The notes below the pieces were generated by a model that did not search any database, was not told where the DNA came from, and saw only the letters and a list, made by a program, of their open reading frames with translations. The translations under genes and the position numbers were made by a program. A stretch of 52,740 nucleotides of DNA from Armatimonadota bacterium. Its GTDB lineage: Bacteria > Sysuimicrobiota > Sysuimicrobiia > Sysuimicrobiales > Humicultoraceae. Below, one piece after another: positions 1-8,856 of this stretch; the first letter of the stretch is position 1; each line of letters begins with the position of its first letter. The stretch covers positions 1-52,740 of the forward strand of contig JBBIJB010000010.1 in the NCBI GenBank assembly GCA_037446215.1, given 5' to 3'.

Positions 1-177
1 GAGATGAGCGCCGAGTGGCCCCCCGAAAAGCGCGCCGCGATAGTGGCGGGCATCCCGCTGGGCAGGCTTGCCACCGCGGACGAGGTCGCCGCGGCGGTGG
101 CCTTCCTCGCGTCGGACGAGGCGGGGTTCATCACAGGCGAGACCCTTGATGTGAACGGCGGGGCGTGGATGGACTGA
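1..177 (+). CDS. Short-chain dehydrogenase/reductase (FabG-like), 3' fragment; 5' end outside window
   Basis: Frame-1 ORF running off the left edge. ...ATADEVAAAVAFLASDEAGFITGETLDVNGGAWMD is the conserved C-terminus of classical SDRs. TGA at 175-177. Confidence 0.8.
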   Translation, partial: EMSAEWPPEKRAAIVAGIPLGRLATADEVAAAVAFLASDEAGFITGETLDVNGGAWMD

Positions 178-231
178 TGTCGCACCGGCGCTCCTGCGCC
201 GGCGCGGAGAGGTAGGGGGGAAACCGACAAC

Positions 232-1284
232 ATGAGCAGGCGTTTCGCGGCATCGGCGCTTCGTGAGTTCGTGGCATCTGTGCTCGGTCGCGAAGGCGCG
301 CGGCCCGAGGATGCGGCTCTCGTGACCGAGGGGCTGGTGGCGGCGGACCTCCGCGGCGTGCACACGCACGGAGTGCTGCGCGCCGGGATCTACGTCACGC
401 GGCTCCGGGCCGGCTCGATAGACCCGAACGCGGCGCTCGCCGTGGTGAGGGACGCCGGGCCGGTCGTGGTGGTGGACGCGAGGGCCGGGTTCGGTATCGC
501 CATGGCCGCGAGGGCGATGGACCTGGCAGCGGACCGGGCCGCCGCCGGCGGCGCCTGCTTCGTCGGCGTGCGCAACAGCAACCACTGCGGCATGCTCGCA
601 TGGCTCGCGATGCGCGCCGTTGCCCGCGGCATGGTCGGCGTGGCGATCAGCAACGCCGACTCCCAGGTCGCGCCGTGGGGCGCCCGCGCAAAGTACCTCG
701 GCACCAACCCGATGGCGATCGCGGTCCCGGCCGGGGAAGAGCCGCCGCTGGTCTTGGACATGGCCACGAGCGTCGTCCCCCACAGCCGTATCCAGGCGGC
801 GCAGGCGCGCGGCGAGCAGATCGAGCCCGGCTGGGCGCTCGACCCGGAGGGCCGCTCCACGACCGATCCCGGGTTGGCCCTCCGCGGGGCGCTGCTGCCG
901 TTCGGCGGCCCCAAGGGCTCAGGGGTCTCCCTGATGATCGACGTGCTCGCCGGGCTCCTGACCGGAGCCCTCTCGGGGCCGGCGATCGCCCCCCTCTACG
1001 AGCAGCTCGACCGGCCCCAGGGCGCGGGCCACCTGATGCTGGCGATCTCGGTCGAGGCGTTCGGGCCGAGGGAGGAGTTCGCCGGGCGCGTGGACACGCT
1101 GATCAGGGAGGTCAGGGCCCTGCCCCCTGCCCAGGGGTATGACCGCGTCTATGTTCCCGGTGAGATCGAGCACGAGAGGGTGCTGGAGTACACGCGGGAC
1201 GGCATTCCTCTCCCGGACCACGTGATCGAGGCGACCGAGCGCCTCGCCGCGGAGGTCGGCATCGAGGCGCCGCGGCCGCTGTGA
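232..1284 (+). CDS. Ldh2-family (malate/L-lactate/sulfolactate-type) NAD(P)H-dependent dehydrogenase
   Basis: 350-aa ATG ORF with purine-rich RBS (GGAGAGGTAGGGGGG). Segments AADLRGVHTHGV, NSNHCGM, LGTNPMA and FGGPKGSG are typical of the Ldh_2 family. Confidence 0.85.
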   Translation: MSRRFAASALREFVASVLGREGARPEDAALVTEGLVAADLRGVHTHGVLRAGIYVTRLRAGSIDPNAALAVVRDAGPVVVVDARAGFGIAMAARAMDLAADRAAAGGACFVGVRNSNHCGMLAWLAMRAVARGMVGVAISNADSQVAPWGARAKYLGTNPMAIAVPAGEEPPLVLDMATSVVPHSRIQAAQARGEQIEPGWALDPEGRSTTDPGLALRGALLPFGGPKGSGVSLMIDVLAGLLTGALSGPAIAPLYEQLDRPQGAGHLMLAISVEAFGPREEFAGRVDTLIREVRALPPAQGYDRVYVPGEIEHERVLEYTRDGIPLPDHVIEATERLAAEVGIEAPRPL

Positions 1285-1294
1285 GGATGAGTCG

Positions 1295-2098
1295 GTGACC
1301 CACGGCGGCGGGAGAGCCACGACCGCTCGCGGCTCGGTTCAGGCGGTCGAGCGCGCCATGGCCATACTCGAGGCGATGGGCCGGGCAGGCCACCCCCTCT
1401 CGGTGAGGGAGATCGGCAAGCTGGTGGCGCTGCCCAGGCCGACCGTCTACCGCCTGCTCAACACGCTCGGCAGCCACGGCGCGGTTGCGGCCACCGACGG
1501 TGGATACGTGATCGGATCCCGCATCCTCTGGCTCGCGGCGCAGCGGCTCGAGCAGACTGAGCTGCGTGCCGCAAGCAGGCCTCATGTGCTGGACCTGCGG
1601 GACGACACCGGGCTCACCGTGCACGTGGGGGTCCTGGAGCAGGGGCAGGTCGTCTACATCGAGAAGGCGGAACCGCCCGGGCCGCTTCGCATGGCCTCCG
1701 CCATCGGCAGGATAATGCCCGCCCACTGCACGTCGCTGGGCAAGGCGATGCTCGCCTGCATGCCCGAGGAGACGGTGCGGGGATTGCTCCGCGCGTTCGG
1801 AATGCCCCGCAGGACTCCCAGGACGATCACGGATCCGGAGAAGATGATTGCCGATCTCGCCGCCACGAGCGGCCGGGGCTATGCCATAGACAACATAGAG
1901 AACGAGGACGGCATCCGTTGCGTCGGCGCCCCGATATTCGACCACCGGGGAGCGGTCGCGGGCGCGGTCAGCCTCTCGGGATCGACGAGGAGCGTCACTC
2001 TGGAGAGGATAAGGCGGGAACTGGGGCCGCGCGTCCGGGAGGCCGCCGAGCGGATCTCCCGCGCGCTGGGATGGGCCGGAGGCCGGATCGGTGCCTGA
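1295..2098 (+). CDS. IclR-family transcriptional regulator
   Basis: GTG start. N-terminal winged helix VQAVERAMAILEAMGRAGHPLSVREIGKLVALPRPTVYRLLNTL, plus an IclR effector domain (YAIDNIENEDGIRCVGAPIFD). Confidence 0.9.
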   Translation: MTHGGGRATTARGSVQAVERAMAILEAMGRAGHPLSVREIGKLVALPRPTVYRLLNTLGSHGAVAATDGGYVIGSRILWLAAQRLEQTELRAASRPHVLDLRDDTGLTVHVGVLEQGQVVYIEKAEPPGPLRMASAIGRIMPAHCTSLGKAMLACMPEETVRGLLRAFGMPRRTPRTITDPEKMIADLAATSGRGYAIDNIENEDGIRCVGAPIFDHRGAVAGAVSLSGSTRSVTLERIRRELGPRVREAAERISRALGWAGGRIGA

Positions 2099-3032
2099 GA
2101 TCATTGCGCTGGGCGAGCCGATGGTCGAGTTCGCGGCCGAGGAGCGCGGCAGGCTCGGCGAGGTTACCGCGTTCCGCCGGGGCTTCGGCGGAGACACCTC
2201 CAACTTCATAGTGGCGGCCGCTCGGCTTGGCGCCTCTACGGGCTACGTGACGCGGGTCGGCGGCGACGAGTTCGGCAGGTCGTTTCTCGATCTCTGGCAC
2301 AGAGAACAGGTTGACACCTCGGGCGTCGTCGTCGAGACAGACGGCTTCACGGCGGTCTACTTCATCTCCCAGAGGAAGGAAGGCGGGCACGACTTCACCT
2401 ACTACCGGGCCGGTTCTGCAGCCAGCCGTCTCTGTCCCGAGGACGTCGATCCCGAGTACGTCGGTGGGGCCCGGCTGCTTCACGTTAGCGGGATCTCCCA
2501 GGCCGTCTCGGAGTCGAGCCGCGCCGCGGTAGACGCGGCTATCGACCACGCGAGGGCCGGCGGGGCGCTGGTCAGCTACGACGCCAACATCCGCCCCAGG
2601 CTGTGGCCGCTCGACGCCGCGCGCGCGGCCGCGGACGGCGTCATCTCGAGGGCCGACGTGGTCTTCATGAGCACCGAGGACGCGGGCTACCTGTACGGAG
2701 ATGAGCCGGCCGAGGAGGTCGCCCGGCGCCTAGTCGCCGCCGGACCGCGCCTGGCAGTCGTCAAGCTGGGAGCCGGCGGCTGCATGGTCTTCTCGTCCGA
2801 GGGGGACGCGGTGACCGCCCCTGCCTGGCGGATAGATGTTATCGATGCGACCGGCGCCGGCGACGCCTTCGCGGCGGCCTTCCTGGTCGAGTGGATGCGC
2901 GGCGTAGACCCGGAGCCCGCGGCCCTCTTCGCCAACGCGGTGGGAGCGCTGACGGCGACAGGGCTTGGAGCCGTCGCGCCTATCCCGACGAGGCGGCGCG
3001 CCGTGGAGTTCCTCGCGGAGCGAGGGGAGTAG
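2091..3032 (+). CDS. PfkB-family sugar kinase, 2-dehydro-3-deoxygluconokinase-like
   Basis: GTG start overlapping the IclR stop by 8 nt. N-terminus MPEIIALGEPMVEF and the PfkB signature DATGAGDAFAAAFL. Confidence 0.85.
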   Translation: MPEIIALGEPMVEFAAEERGRLGEVTAFRRGFGGDTSNFIVAAARLGASTGYVTRVGGDEFGRSFLDLWHREQVDTSGVVVETDGFTAVYFISQRKEGGHDFTYYRAGSAASRLCPEDVDPEYVGGARLLHVSGISQAVSESSRAAVDAAIDHARAGGALVSYDANIRPRLWPLDAARAAADGVISRADVVFMSTEDAGYLYGDEPAEEVARRLVAAGPRLAVVKLGAGGCMVFSSEGDAVTAPAWRIDVIDATGAGDAFAAAFLVEWMRGVDPEPAALFANAVGALTATGLGAVAPIPTRRRAVEFLAERGE

Positions 3033-3063
3033 CAGGGGGGGGTAGGACGCGCGCGGCCCTGCG

Positions 3064-4416
3064 CTAGCCCGCAAACCTTCCCAGTATCAGCGCCATGTGC
3101 CGGATGCCCTGCCGGTAGTCCTCCAGCAGGATGTTCTCGTTCGGCCCGTGCGAGTTGCCCCTCGCGTGGCCGATCCCTGTCCCGACCGCCGGGGTCCCGA
3201 ACTGGCCGCACACCACGTGCATCGGCCCGGTCGCGGCCATCGTCGGCAGGACGATCGGCGGGATGCCGTGGATCTCCTCGGCCGTCTCCACCACCACGTC
3301 GACGATCGGCGCGTCGAACGGGGTCTTGGCGGGCTCCTCCATGCTCAAAGGCCGTACCTCTATGTCGCCGAAGCCCGTGTCGCGGAGGTGGCTACGCAGC
3401 TTGCCCAGGATATCCTCCGACCTCTGGTTGGCCACGAGCCTGAAGTCCACCTTCGCGACGGCGCGCCTCGGGAGGACGGTCTTCGAACCCTTCCCCGAGT
3501 AGCCGGAGGAGAGCCCGCAGATGGTGCAGGTGGGTTGGTAGAGGTAGGCCTTCATCAACTCGACCCCGCGTAGCCCTCTCAGGTACGAGGGGATGCCGAG
3601 ATCGCGCAGGATCGTCTCGTCGTCGCGCTGCGCCGCGATACGCTCGAGCTGACCTACCTCTGCCGGGCTCGGCTCCGCGACATCGTCGTAGAACCCGGGG
3701 ATCAGGACGCGCTCGTCCTGCCCCTTGAGCGTTGCCAGGGCCCAGACCAGCCGCCAGGCCGGGTTGGGGACTATCGCGCCCGACGCCGAGTGCAGGTCCC
3801 TGCTTGCGCACTTCGCCTCGAGCTCCACGTAGCAGATACCCTTGACGCCGAGGTAGATCGTGGGATTACCGTGGATGTCCTTCGCGCCCGACTCCCAGAT
3901 GCAGGCGTCGGCCCGCGCCAGGTCGGGTCTCTCGCGCAGCACCTCCTCCAGGTGCGGGCTGCCCACCTCCTCCTCGCCCTCTATCAGGAACTTGACGGTC
4001 GCCGGGAGCCGGCCCCGCACCCGGAGCCAGGCCTCCACCGCCGCGACCCGCGCCATGATGTTGCCCTTGGTGTCCTGGGCCCCACGGCAGTAGAGGCGGC
4101 CGTCGCGTATCTCCGCCCCGAACGGATCCGACTGCCACTCGTCCAGGGGATCCGGGGGTTGCACATCGTAATGGCCGTAGATCAGCAACGTGCGGTCGCT
4201 CTCCCCCTGGACATCCGCCGCCACCAGCGGCGGGCCCCCGCAGCCCGGCTCGATCCGAGCCGGTATGCCCTTGGAGCGCATCTGCGCCGCGAGCAGCTCC
4301 GCGCACTCCTCCAGGCCGACCTTCTGCGCCGAGATGGAGGGCTGCCGGCAGAGGCGCTGCAGGTCGCGTATGGACGCCTCCGCGTTCGACTCTATGTAGC
4401 GGAAGAGATCGTCCAT
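3064..4416 (-). CDS. M20-family metallopeptidase (dipeptidase / ArgE-DapE-like)
   Basis: The tracked 667-aa ORF (3064-5067) is over-extended. ATG at 4416 (MDDLFRYIES...) abuts the stop of the upstream gene. Motifs LLIYGHYDVQP, GRLYCRGAQDTKG and LIEGEEEVGS fit M20 peptidases. Confidence 0.85.
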   Translation of the reverse strand: MDDLFRYIESNAEASIRDLQRLCRQPSISAQKVGLEECAELLAAQMRSKGIPARIEPGCGGPPLVAADVQGESDRTLLIYGHYDVQPPDPLDEWQSDPFGAEIRDGRLYCRGAQDTKGNIMARVAAVEAWLRVRGRLPATVKFLIEGEEEVGSPHLEEVLRERPDLARADACIWESGAKDIHGNPTIYLGVKGICYVELEAKCASRDLHSASGAIVPNPAWRLVWALATLKGQDERVLIPGFYDDVAEPSPAEVGQLERIAAQRDDETILRDLGIPSYLRGLRGVELMKAYLYQPTCTICGLSSGYSGKGSKTVLPRRAVAKVDFRLVANQRSEDILGKLRSHLRDTGFGDIEVRPLSMEEPAKTPFDAPIVDVVVETAEEIHGIPPIVLPTMAATGPMHVVCGQFGTPAVGTGIGHARGNSHGPNENILLEDYRQGIRHMALILGRFAG

Positions 4417-4739
4417 CACTCGGCCTTTCGCTTCTGCTCTACGAAGTTCAGACGGAGGTTGGCGATGAGGTTGTCGAGATCCTTGCGCTCGGAGTCGCCC
4501 ACGCGCGGCTTCAGCACCTCGGCCAGGGCCGAGGCGGCGTCTATGGCTATCCTCGCCTCGTCGAAGTCGCGCTCTACCTTCCCGGTCGCGGGGTTGGGGA
4601 CCAGCCCCATCGTCTCCCAGGCCTTGGCGGAGAGCAGGTGTATGCAGGAGGCGACGAGCGTCCCGGAGTCGGGCAGCGGCGCGCCCCTGGCCTCCTCCTC
4701 CGGCTTGTGCTCTGCCTCTTCCTTCGGTGCGTCGGTCAT
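4416..4739 (-). CDS. DUF1844 domain-containing small acidic protein
   Basis: 107-aa ORF. Acidic N-terminus followed by LVASCIHLLSAKAWETMGLVPNPATGKVERDFDEARIAIDAASAL, which is the DUF1844 pattern. Packed tightly between the permease and the peptidase. Confidence 0.7.
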   Translation of the reverse strand: MTDAPKEEAEHKPEEEARGAPLPDSGTLVASCIHLLSAKAWETMGLVPNPATGKVERDFDEARIAIDAASALAEVLKPRVGDSERKDLDNLIANLRLNFVEQKRKAE

Positions 4740-4742
4740 CGC

Positions 4743-6773
4743 CTAGACCACCTCTCCTCTCTTCTCGCCCCTGGTCAGGTACTGGACCACTGCCACAGCC
4801 ACCACCGCGGCGATCGCCAGGGTGTCCTGGAGGGCGGACGGGTAGATCAACACGATCCCGGCCGCCGCGAGCACCGCGCGCTCCAGCAGCGATGCCCTCC
4901 GCAGGAACCAGCCCGTCATGGTCGCCGCGAGCGCGGTGAGCCCGAAGACGGCCGTCACTGAGACATACGCTACCGTCTGCCAAGGCGCCTGCAGCAGCAG
5001 CCCCATCCCCTGCTTGTGGAGGGTGAACATGAAGGGCACGACGAACGCGGGCAGCGTGTACTTCCACGCCATCATCATCGTCTTGAAGGGCCTTCCGCCC
5101 GTGAGGGCCGCGGCCGCCAACGGTGCCAGCCCGACCGGAGGCGAGACCTCCGAGAGGATCGCGTAGTAGAAGATGAACATGTGCGCCGCCAGCTCCGAGA
5201 CGCCCAGCTTGGTCAGCGCAGGCGCCACGATCACCGCGGCTATGATGTAGGTCGCTGTGATGGGAAGCGCGAGCCCGAGCACCCAGAGCGCGATCGCCGC
5301 GTAGATCAGCGTCAGCAGCAGGTGGCCGCCCGCGTAGGCGATGATCACGTCCGAGATCTTGAGCCCCAGGCCCGTCAGGTTCACGACGCCGACCACGATG
5401 CCCGCGGCCGCGCAGGTGACCGCTACGTTGAGCATCTGGCGGCTGCCGTTGTCCAGCGACGCGACCAACCCCGAGGGGTTGACCACCGCGCCCCCGAGGC
5501 GCACGCCGCCCCCCTCTGCCCGGAGCCCCCGGTCGGTCGGGCCGGCGCGGCGAAGCGTGACCAGCGCCGTGTCCCGCCGCAGCAGGCTGGTGGCAGCCGC
5601 TATCACTATCGCCCAGAAGACCGCCTTGATCGCAGTGAAGCCGATGATCATGAAGACCGGTATCAGGACAAGCGACGCCAGCAGGAACCAGTAGCGCAGG
5701 AGCAGCATCCTGACGTCCTGAGTGACGAACTCGACCTTCGCCAGCCCCATCCTGCGGGCGTCGAACTCGATCATCAGCATTATCGAGTAGTAGTAGAGGA
5801 CCGTGGGGATGGTCGCCATGATCACCACGGTCAGGTAGGAGATCTTGAGCATCTCGGCGATGATGAACGCCGCCGCGCCGAGTATCGGCGGCGAGATGAC
5901 CGCGCCTATGCCGCCGGCCGACAGCAGCCCGCCCGCCGACTCCCTATCGTAGCCCGCGCGCCGCAGCAGCGGGTAGGTGATCGCTCCCACCGCCACCGTG
6001 GTGGCGACGCCGCTGCCCGACGGCCCCCCCAACAGGAAGGAGGCGATCGTCGTCGCCTGTCCCGGTGCCGTCCTCCTGCCCTTGGTCACCGACAGGGCGA
6101 GGTCCACGAAGAACCTGCCCGCGCCCGAGGCCTCCAGCGTGGCGCCGTAGATCGTGAAGAGGATGATGAAGGTGGCCGACACCTCGAGCGGCACGCCGAA
6201 GATCCCCTCCAGCGTGATGTAGAGCTGCCCGACCACCCGCACCAGGTCGTATCCCCGGTGCGTCCAGGGCTCGGGCAGGTAGGGGCCCACGAAGGCGTAG
6301 GCGAGGAACGCGACGACGAGCAGCATCAGGGCTAGACCCACGGTCCTGCGCGTGGCCTCGATCACCAGCAGGATCGTGGCGATCCCGAAGACCATGTCCA
6401 GCGTAGTCGGGATGTACGACCTGTAGACGAACGCCTCGAAGTCCGCGAAGACGTAGCCGAGCGAGACCAGGCTCGCCGCGACGAGGGCTATGTCGAAGAC
6501 CGTCGGAGCCGTCCGCCGCAGCGTCCGGCGCGTCCCCGGGTAGAGCAGGAACGCCAGCACCAGCACGAACATCAGGTGGCGCGTCAGGTGTATGTGGCGT
6601 ATGAACGTGGCGTTGGCGGCGTAGAGGTGGTAGAGCGACATCGCGACCGCGAGTATCGTGACGGCCGTGCCCCACCCGCCTGCCAGCCTGCGGGTCTTGC
6701 CCTCGTACTCCTCGACGATCTCCTTGAGCTCTTCCTCGGACTTGACCGGCGCCGCCTCGTCGCGCTGTGCCAT
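4743..6773 (-). CDS. TRAP transporter fused permease (TAXI-type 4TM/12TM fusion)
   Basis: 676-aa polytopic membrane protein. Size, hydrophobic periodicity and its position after TAXI receptor and DUF1850 genes are characteristic of TAXI-TRAP fused permeases. Confidence 0.9.
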   Translation of the reverse strand: MAQRDEAAPVKSEEELKEIVEEYEGKTRRLAGGWGTAVTILAVAMSLYHLYAANATFIRHIHLTRHLMFVLVLAFLLYPGTRRTLRRTAPTVFDIALVAASLVSLGYVFADFEAFVYRSYIPTTLDMVFGIATILLVIEATRRTVGLALMLLVVAFLAYAFVGPYLPEPWTHRGYDLVRVVGQLYITLEGIFGVPLEVSATFIILFTIYGATLEASGAGRFFVDLALSVTKGRRTAPGQATTIASFLLGGPSGSGVATTVAVGAITYPLLRRAGYDRESAGGLLSAGGIGAVISPPILGAAAFIIAEMLKISYLTVVIMATIPTVLYYYSIMLMIEFDARRMGLAKVEFVTQDVRMLLLRYWFLLASLVLIPVFMIIGFTAIKAVFWAIVIAAATSLLRRDTALVTLRRAGPTDRGLRAEGGGVRLGGAVVNPSGLVASLDNGSRQMLNVAVTCAAAGIVVGVVNLTGLGLKISDVIIAYAGGHLLLTLIYAAIALWVLGLALPITATYIIAAVIVAPALTKLGVSELAAHMFIFYYAILSEVSPPVGLAPLAAAALTGGRPFKTMMMAWKYTLPAFVVPFMFTLHKQGMGLLLQAPWQTVAYVSVTAVFGLTALAATMTGWFLRRASLLERAVLAAAGIVLIYPSALQDTLAIAAVVAVAVVQYLTRGEKRGEVV

Positions 6774-6801
6774 CCGCCTCTCCTGGTCGCGCTTGTTGAT
6801 A

Positions 6802-7227
6802 CTACGGGGGGACGGTCCTCTCGAGCATCTGCCGCGCGCGTGGGATCCTCCTCACCTCCAGGCGGAGCGCCTCTCCCACGCCGGCCCGGTTGAGAGGGAT
6901 CGGGCGGCCGTCGACGCGCAGGCGCTGCTGCCCGGTTCTTCCGATCCTGACCACCAGGTCGGTCAACTCAGGGCCCCTCGACTTCGAGACGAGCCGGCCG
7001 TCCCTGGCCGCGTAGGGCGGATCCTGCGCGAGGTAGTCGAGGACCGCCTCGCTGGTGCTGGAGATCTCGACGAGCCGCAGGGCGCGCTCCGTCACCGCGA
7101 ACCGCTCCGTCGTGGGCGCGTTGTAGATCGAGTTGACGTAGTCGAGGTCCACCACGGAGCCGACGCGCACTCGGAGGCGCCATGCCAGCCTGCCGGAATC
7201 CGCCAGCGTGACGTCGAGTACCTGCAC
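6802..7227 (-). CDS. DUF1850 domain-containing protein (TAXI-TRAP accessory); 5' end uncertain
   Basis: GTG-initiated 141-aa ORF. The core VLDVTLADSGRLAWRLRV...DLDYVNSIYNAPTTERFAV resembles DUF1850, which typically sits between TAXI receptor and permease. The same frame stays open and coding-like upstream (see findings). Confidence 0.7.
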   Translation of the reverse strand: MQVLDVTLADSGRLAWRLRVRVGSVVDLDYVNSIYNAPTTERFAVTERALRLVEISSTSEAVLDYLAQDPPYAARDGRLVSKSRGPELTDLVVRIGRTGQQRLRVDGRPIPLNRAGVGEALRLEVRRIPRARQMLERTVPP

Positions 7228-7309
7228 GGGCGCAATCAGCGAAGCGCCCAGGGCCGCCGCGGCGATCGCGGCCGCTGTGGCGGCGACCCTCGGTGCGAGC
7301 CCCCTCGAC

Positions 7310-8290
7310 CTAGAACCCCTCGATGCCCCGCTCCTTGAAGAAGCGGATCGCGCCCGGATGGAACGGTACCGGCGACCGCCCGGCCACGCCTATCGTCGTG
7401 ATGTTGGCGGCCTCCTTGTGGACCTGCGCCAGCTCCGCGCGCCTCTCGTAGATCAGCTTCGTGATCTGGTAGGCGAGCTCGGCGTCGAACTCCTGGTGGA
7501 CCACAAGGAGGTTGGCCACGCCGACCGTGGGCGCGTCGGCCGGCATGCCGGGATAGAACTCCTTGAGGATCACCGAGCGGAAGTAGAGGTTGCCGTACTT
7601 GCGCTGCAGCGCCGGGATCACGCCGTCCATCGGGACCATGCGTATCCTCACGCCCGGGGAGGCGGCCAGATCCATGATGCCCGCGGTGGGGAGCCCGCCG
7701 CTCCAGAACAGCGCGTCTATCTTCTTGTCCTTGATCGCGTCCACCGATGGCGCCACGCCCAGGCGCTCGCGTCGGATGTCGCGGTCGGGGTGGATTCCGG
7801 CCGCCTCGAGGATCCGAAGCGCGGTTATCTCGGTGCCGCTGCCCGGCGCGCCGACGGAGACCCGCTTGCCGCGCAGGTCGGCGAGGGTGGCGATGCCCGT
7901 TCCCTCTATCGTGGCGAGGTGGTTGAAGTTGTTGTAGAGCGGCGTGAGGGTCCGTATGGGTATCGGTGAGCCCCGGAAGGTGTCCTCGCCCCTGAAGGCG
8001 TCGCTGGCGGTGTCGGCGAGCGTGAACGCAACGTCTGCGCGCTTCGCCTGGATCAGCCGCATGTTGTCCACGGAGGCCGGGGTGACCTCTGCGGTGGCCG
8101 TCACGCCCCCTATGTACCTGGAGATCATGGAGGCGAGCCCGCCTCCCATCGGAAAGTAGACGCCACCGGTTCCCCCGGTGGCGATCGACAGTCGAACCGC
8201 CGGGCCGGCCGTGGCCGGTCCCAGGGCCGCGGCGGCAAGGGCGAGCGCGAGCACGGAGATCGCAAGAGCACGTCCTGTGCGTCTGTTCAA
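7310..8290 (-). CDS. TAXI-family TRAP transporter solute-binding receptor
   Basis: TTG start 7 nt after GAGGGGGGA. Signal peptide ALAISVLALALAAAALGPATA. Hallmark SIATGGTGGVYFPMGGGLA of TAXI receptors. Confidence 0.9.
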   Translation of the reverse strand: MNRRTGRALAISVLALALAAAALGPATAGPAVRLSIATGGTGGVYFPMGGGLASMISRYIGGVTATAEVTPASVDNMRLIQAKRADVAFTLADTASDAFRGEDTFRGSPIPIRTLTPLYNNFNHLATIEGTGIATLADLRGKRVSVGAPGSGTEITALRILEAAGIHPDRDIRRERLGVAPSVDAIKDKKIDALFWSGGLPTAGIMDLAASPGVRIRMVPMDGVIPALQRKYGNLYFRSVILKEFYPGMPADAPTVGVANLLVVHQEFDAELAYQITKLIYERRAELAQVHKEAANITTIGVAGRSPVPFHPGAIRFFKERGIEGF

Positions 8291-8444
8291 CCTGTATCCC
8301 CCCTCAGGCAGCGCACTGACGAGCCGTCAATCTGCTCAACCCGCGTGTGTGTTGGGCCTTGTTCTATCCCCGGGCGCGTCTTTCCTGTGGGTGGCGCAGG
8401 GGCCCCTGCCTCGGCGGCAACACCCGTATTGCCCATCCAGGATC

Positions 8445-8456
8445 TGGTAGAATATA
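8445..8456. promoter_or_regulatory. AT-rich patch with overlapping divergent -10-like elements (+: TGgTAGAAT; -: TATATT)
   Basis: tggtagaatata is the only AT-rich island in the 560-bp divergent intergenic region. TGNTAGAAT fits an extended -10 on the + strand, and the complement reads TATATT for the TRAP operon direction. Confidence 0.3.
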
Positions 8457-8574
8457 AGGTCAAGGACAGCAGCGCAGCCACCTCAGACAGCCCGCAGGGA
8501 AGGAGGGCGGGGCAGCTGACCGTGAAGACTGGCCTCCCTGGCCTCCGCCTGCGTTTCGCGATGCGGTAGGCCGG

Positions 8575-8856
8575 GTGGTCGTGGCTCCCAACGAGATGGA
8601 CGAGACAATTGGAGAGCAGGCGACCGAACGGCGTGACCGGAGCCGGCAGCTTGTTGGGGCGAACGCCGATCCCGATGCGTCTGCCTACTCCGTGGCGCAC
8701 GACCCCCGAGTGCCCCTGCAGGCCATGGATAGGTTCACGGCCATCGTGCTCAGGGACGACGCCCACAAGCGCTTCGCTGCGTTCAAGCGACTGCATCGCG
8801 CAGACGAGCATGAGGGCACCGCCACGCCCGAGCAGGGTCGGGAGGACGCATCGTGA
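8575..8856 (+). CDS. Hypothetical small protein (about 86-93 aa), possibly translationally coupled to the HD-GYP regulator
   Basis: ORF with GC3 near 78% by hand count. Its stop overlaps the GTG of the downstream gene (atcGTGAcc). Alternative ATG at 8596. No family recognised. Confidence 0.3.
   Translation: MVVAPNEMDETIGEQATERRDRSRQLVGANADPDASAYSVAHDPRVPLQAMDRFTAIVLRDDAHKRFAAFKRLHRADEHEGTATPEQGREDAS

Noticed and set aside
3064-5067. Long N-terminal extensions of tracked ORFs. Affected ORFs: 3064-5067, 12789-13937, 22239-23363, 28589-30349, 30948-32027, 33643-34926, 39266-40435, 40060-40746, 46492-47937.
   Set aside because: The extensions overlap upstream genes, are compositionally non-protein-like, and precede internal starts that have good RBSs and family-typical N-termini. 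The shorter models were used.
8291-8852. A possible c-di-GMP (GEMM) or amino-acid riboswitch in the long intergenic region next to an HD-GYP gene and a TRAP operon.
   Set aside because: I could not find the conserved GEMM-I/II, glycine, lysine or other riboswitch core sequences by eye on either strand. It is left as an unexplained long leader in the findings rather than called.
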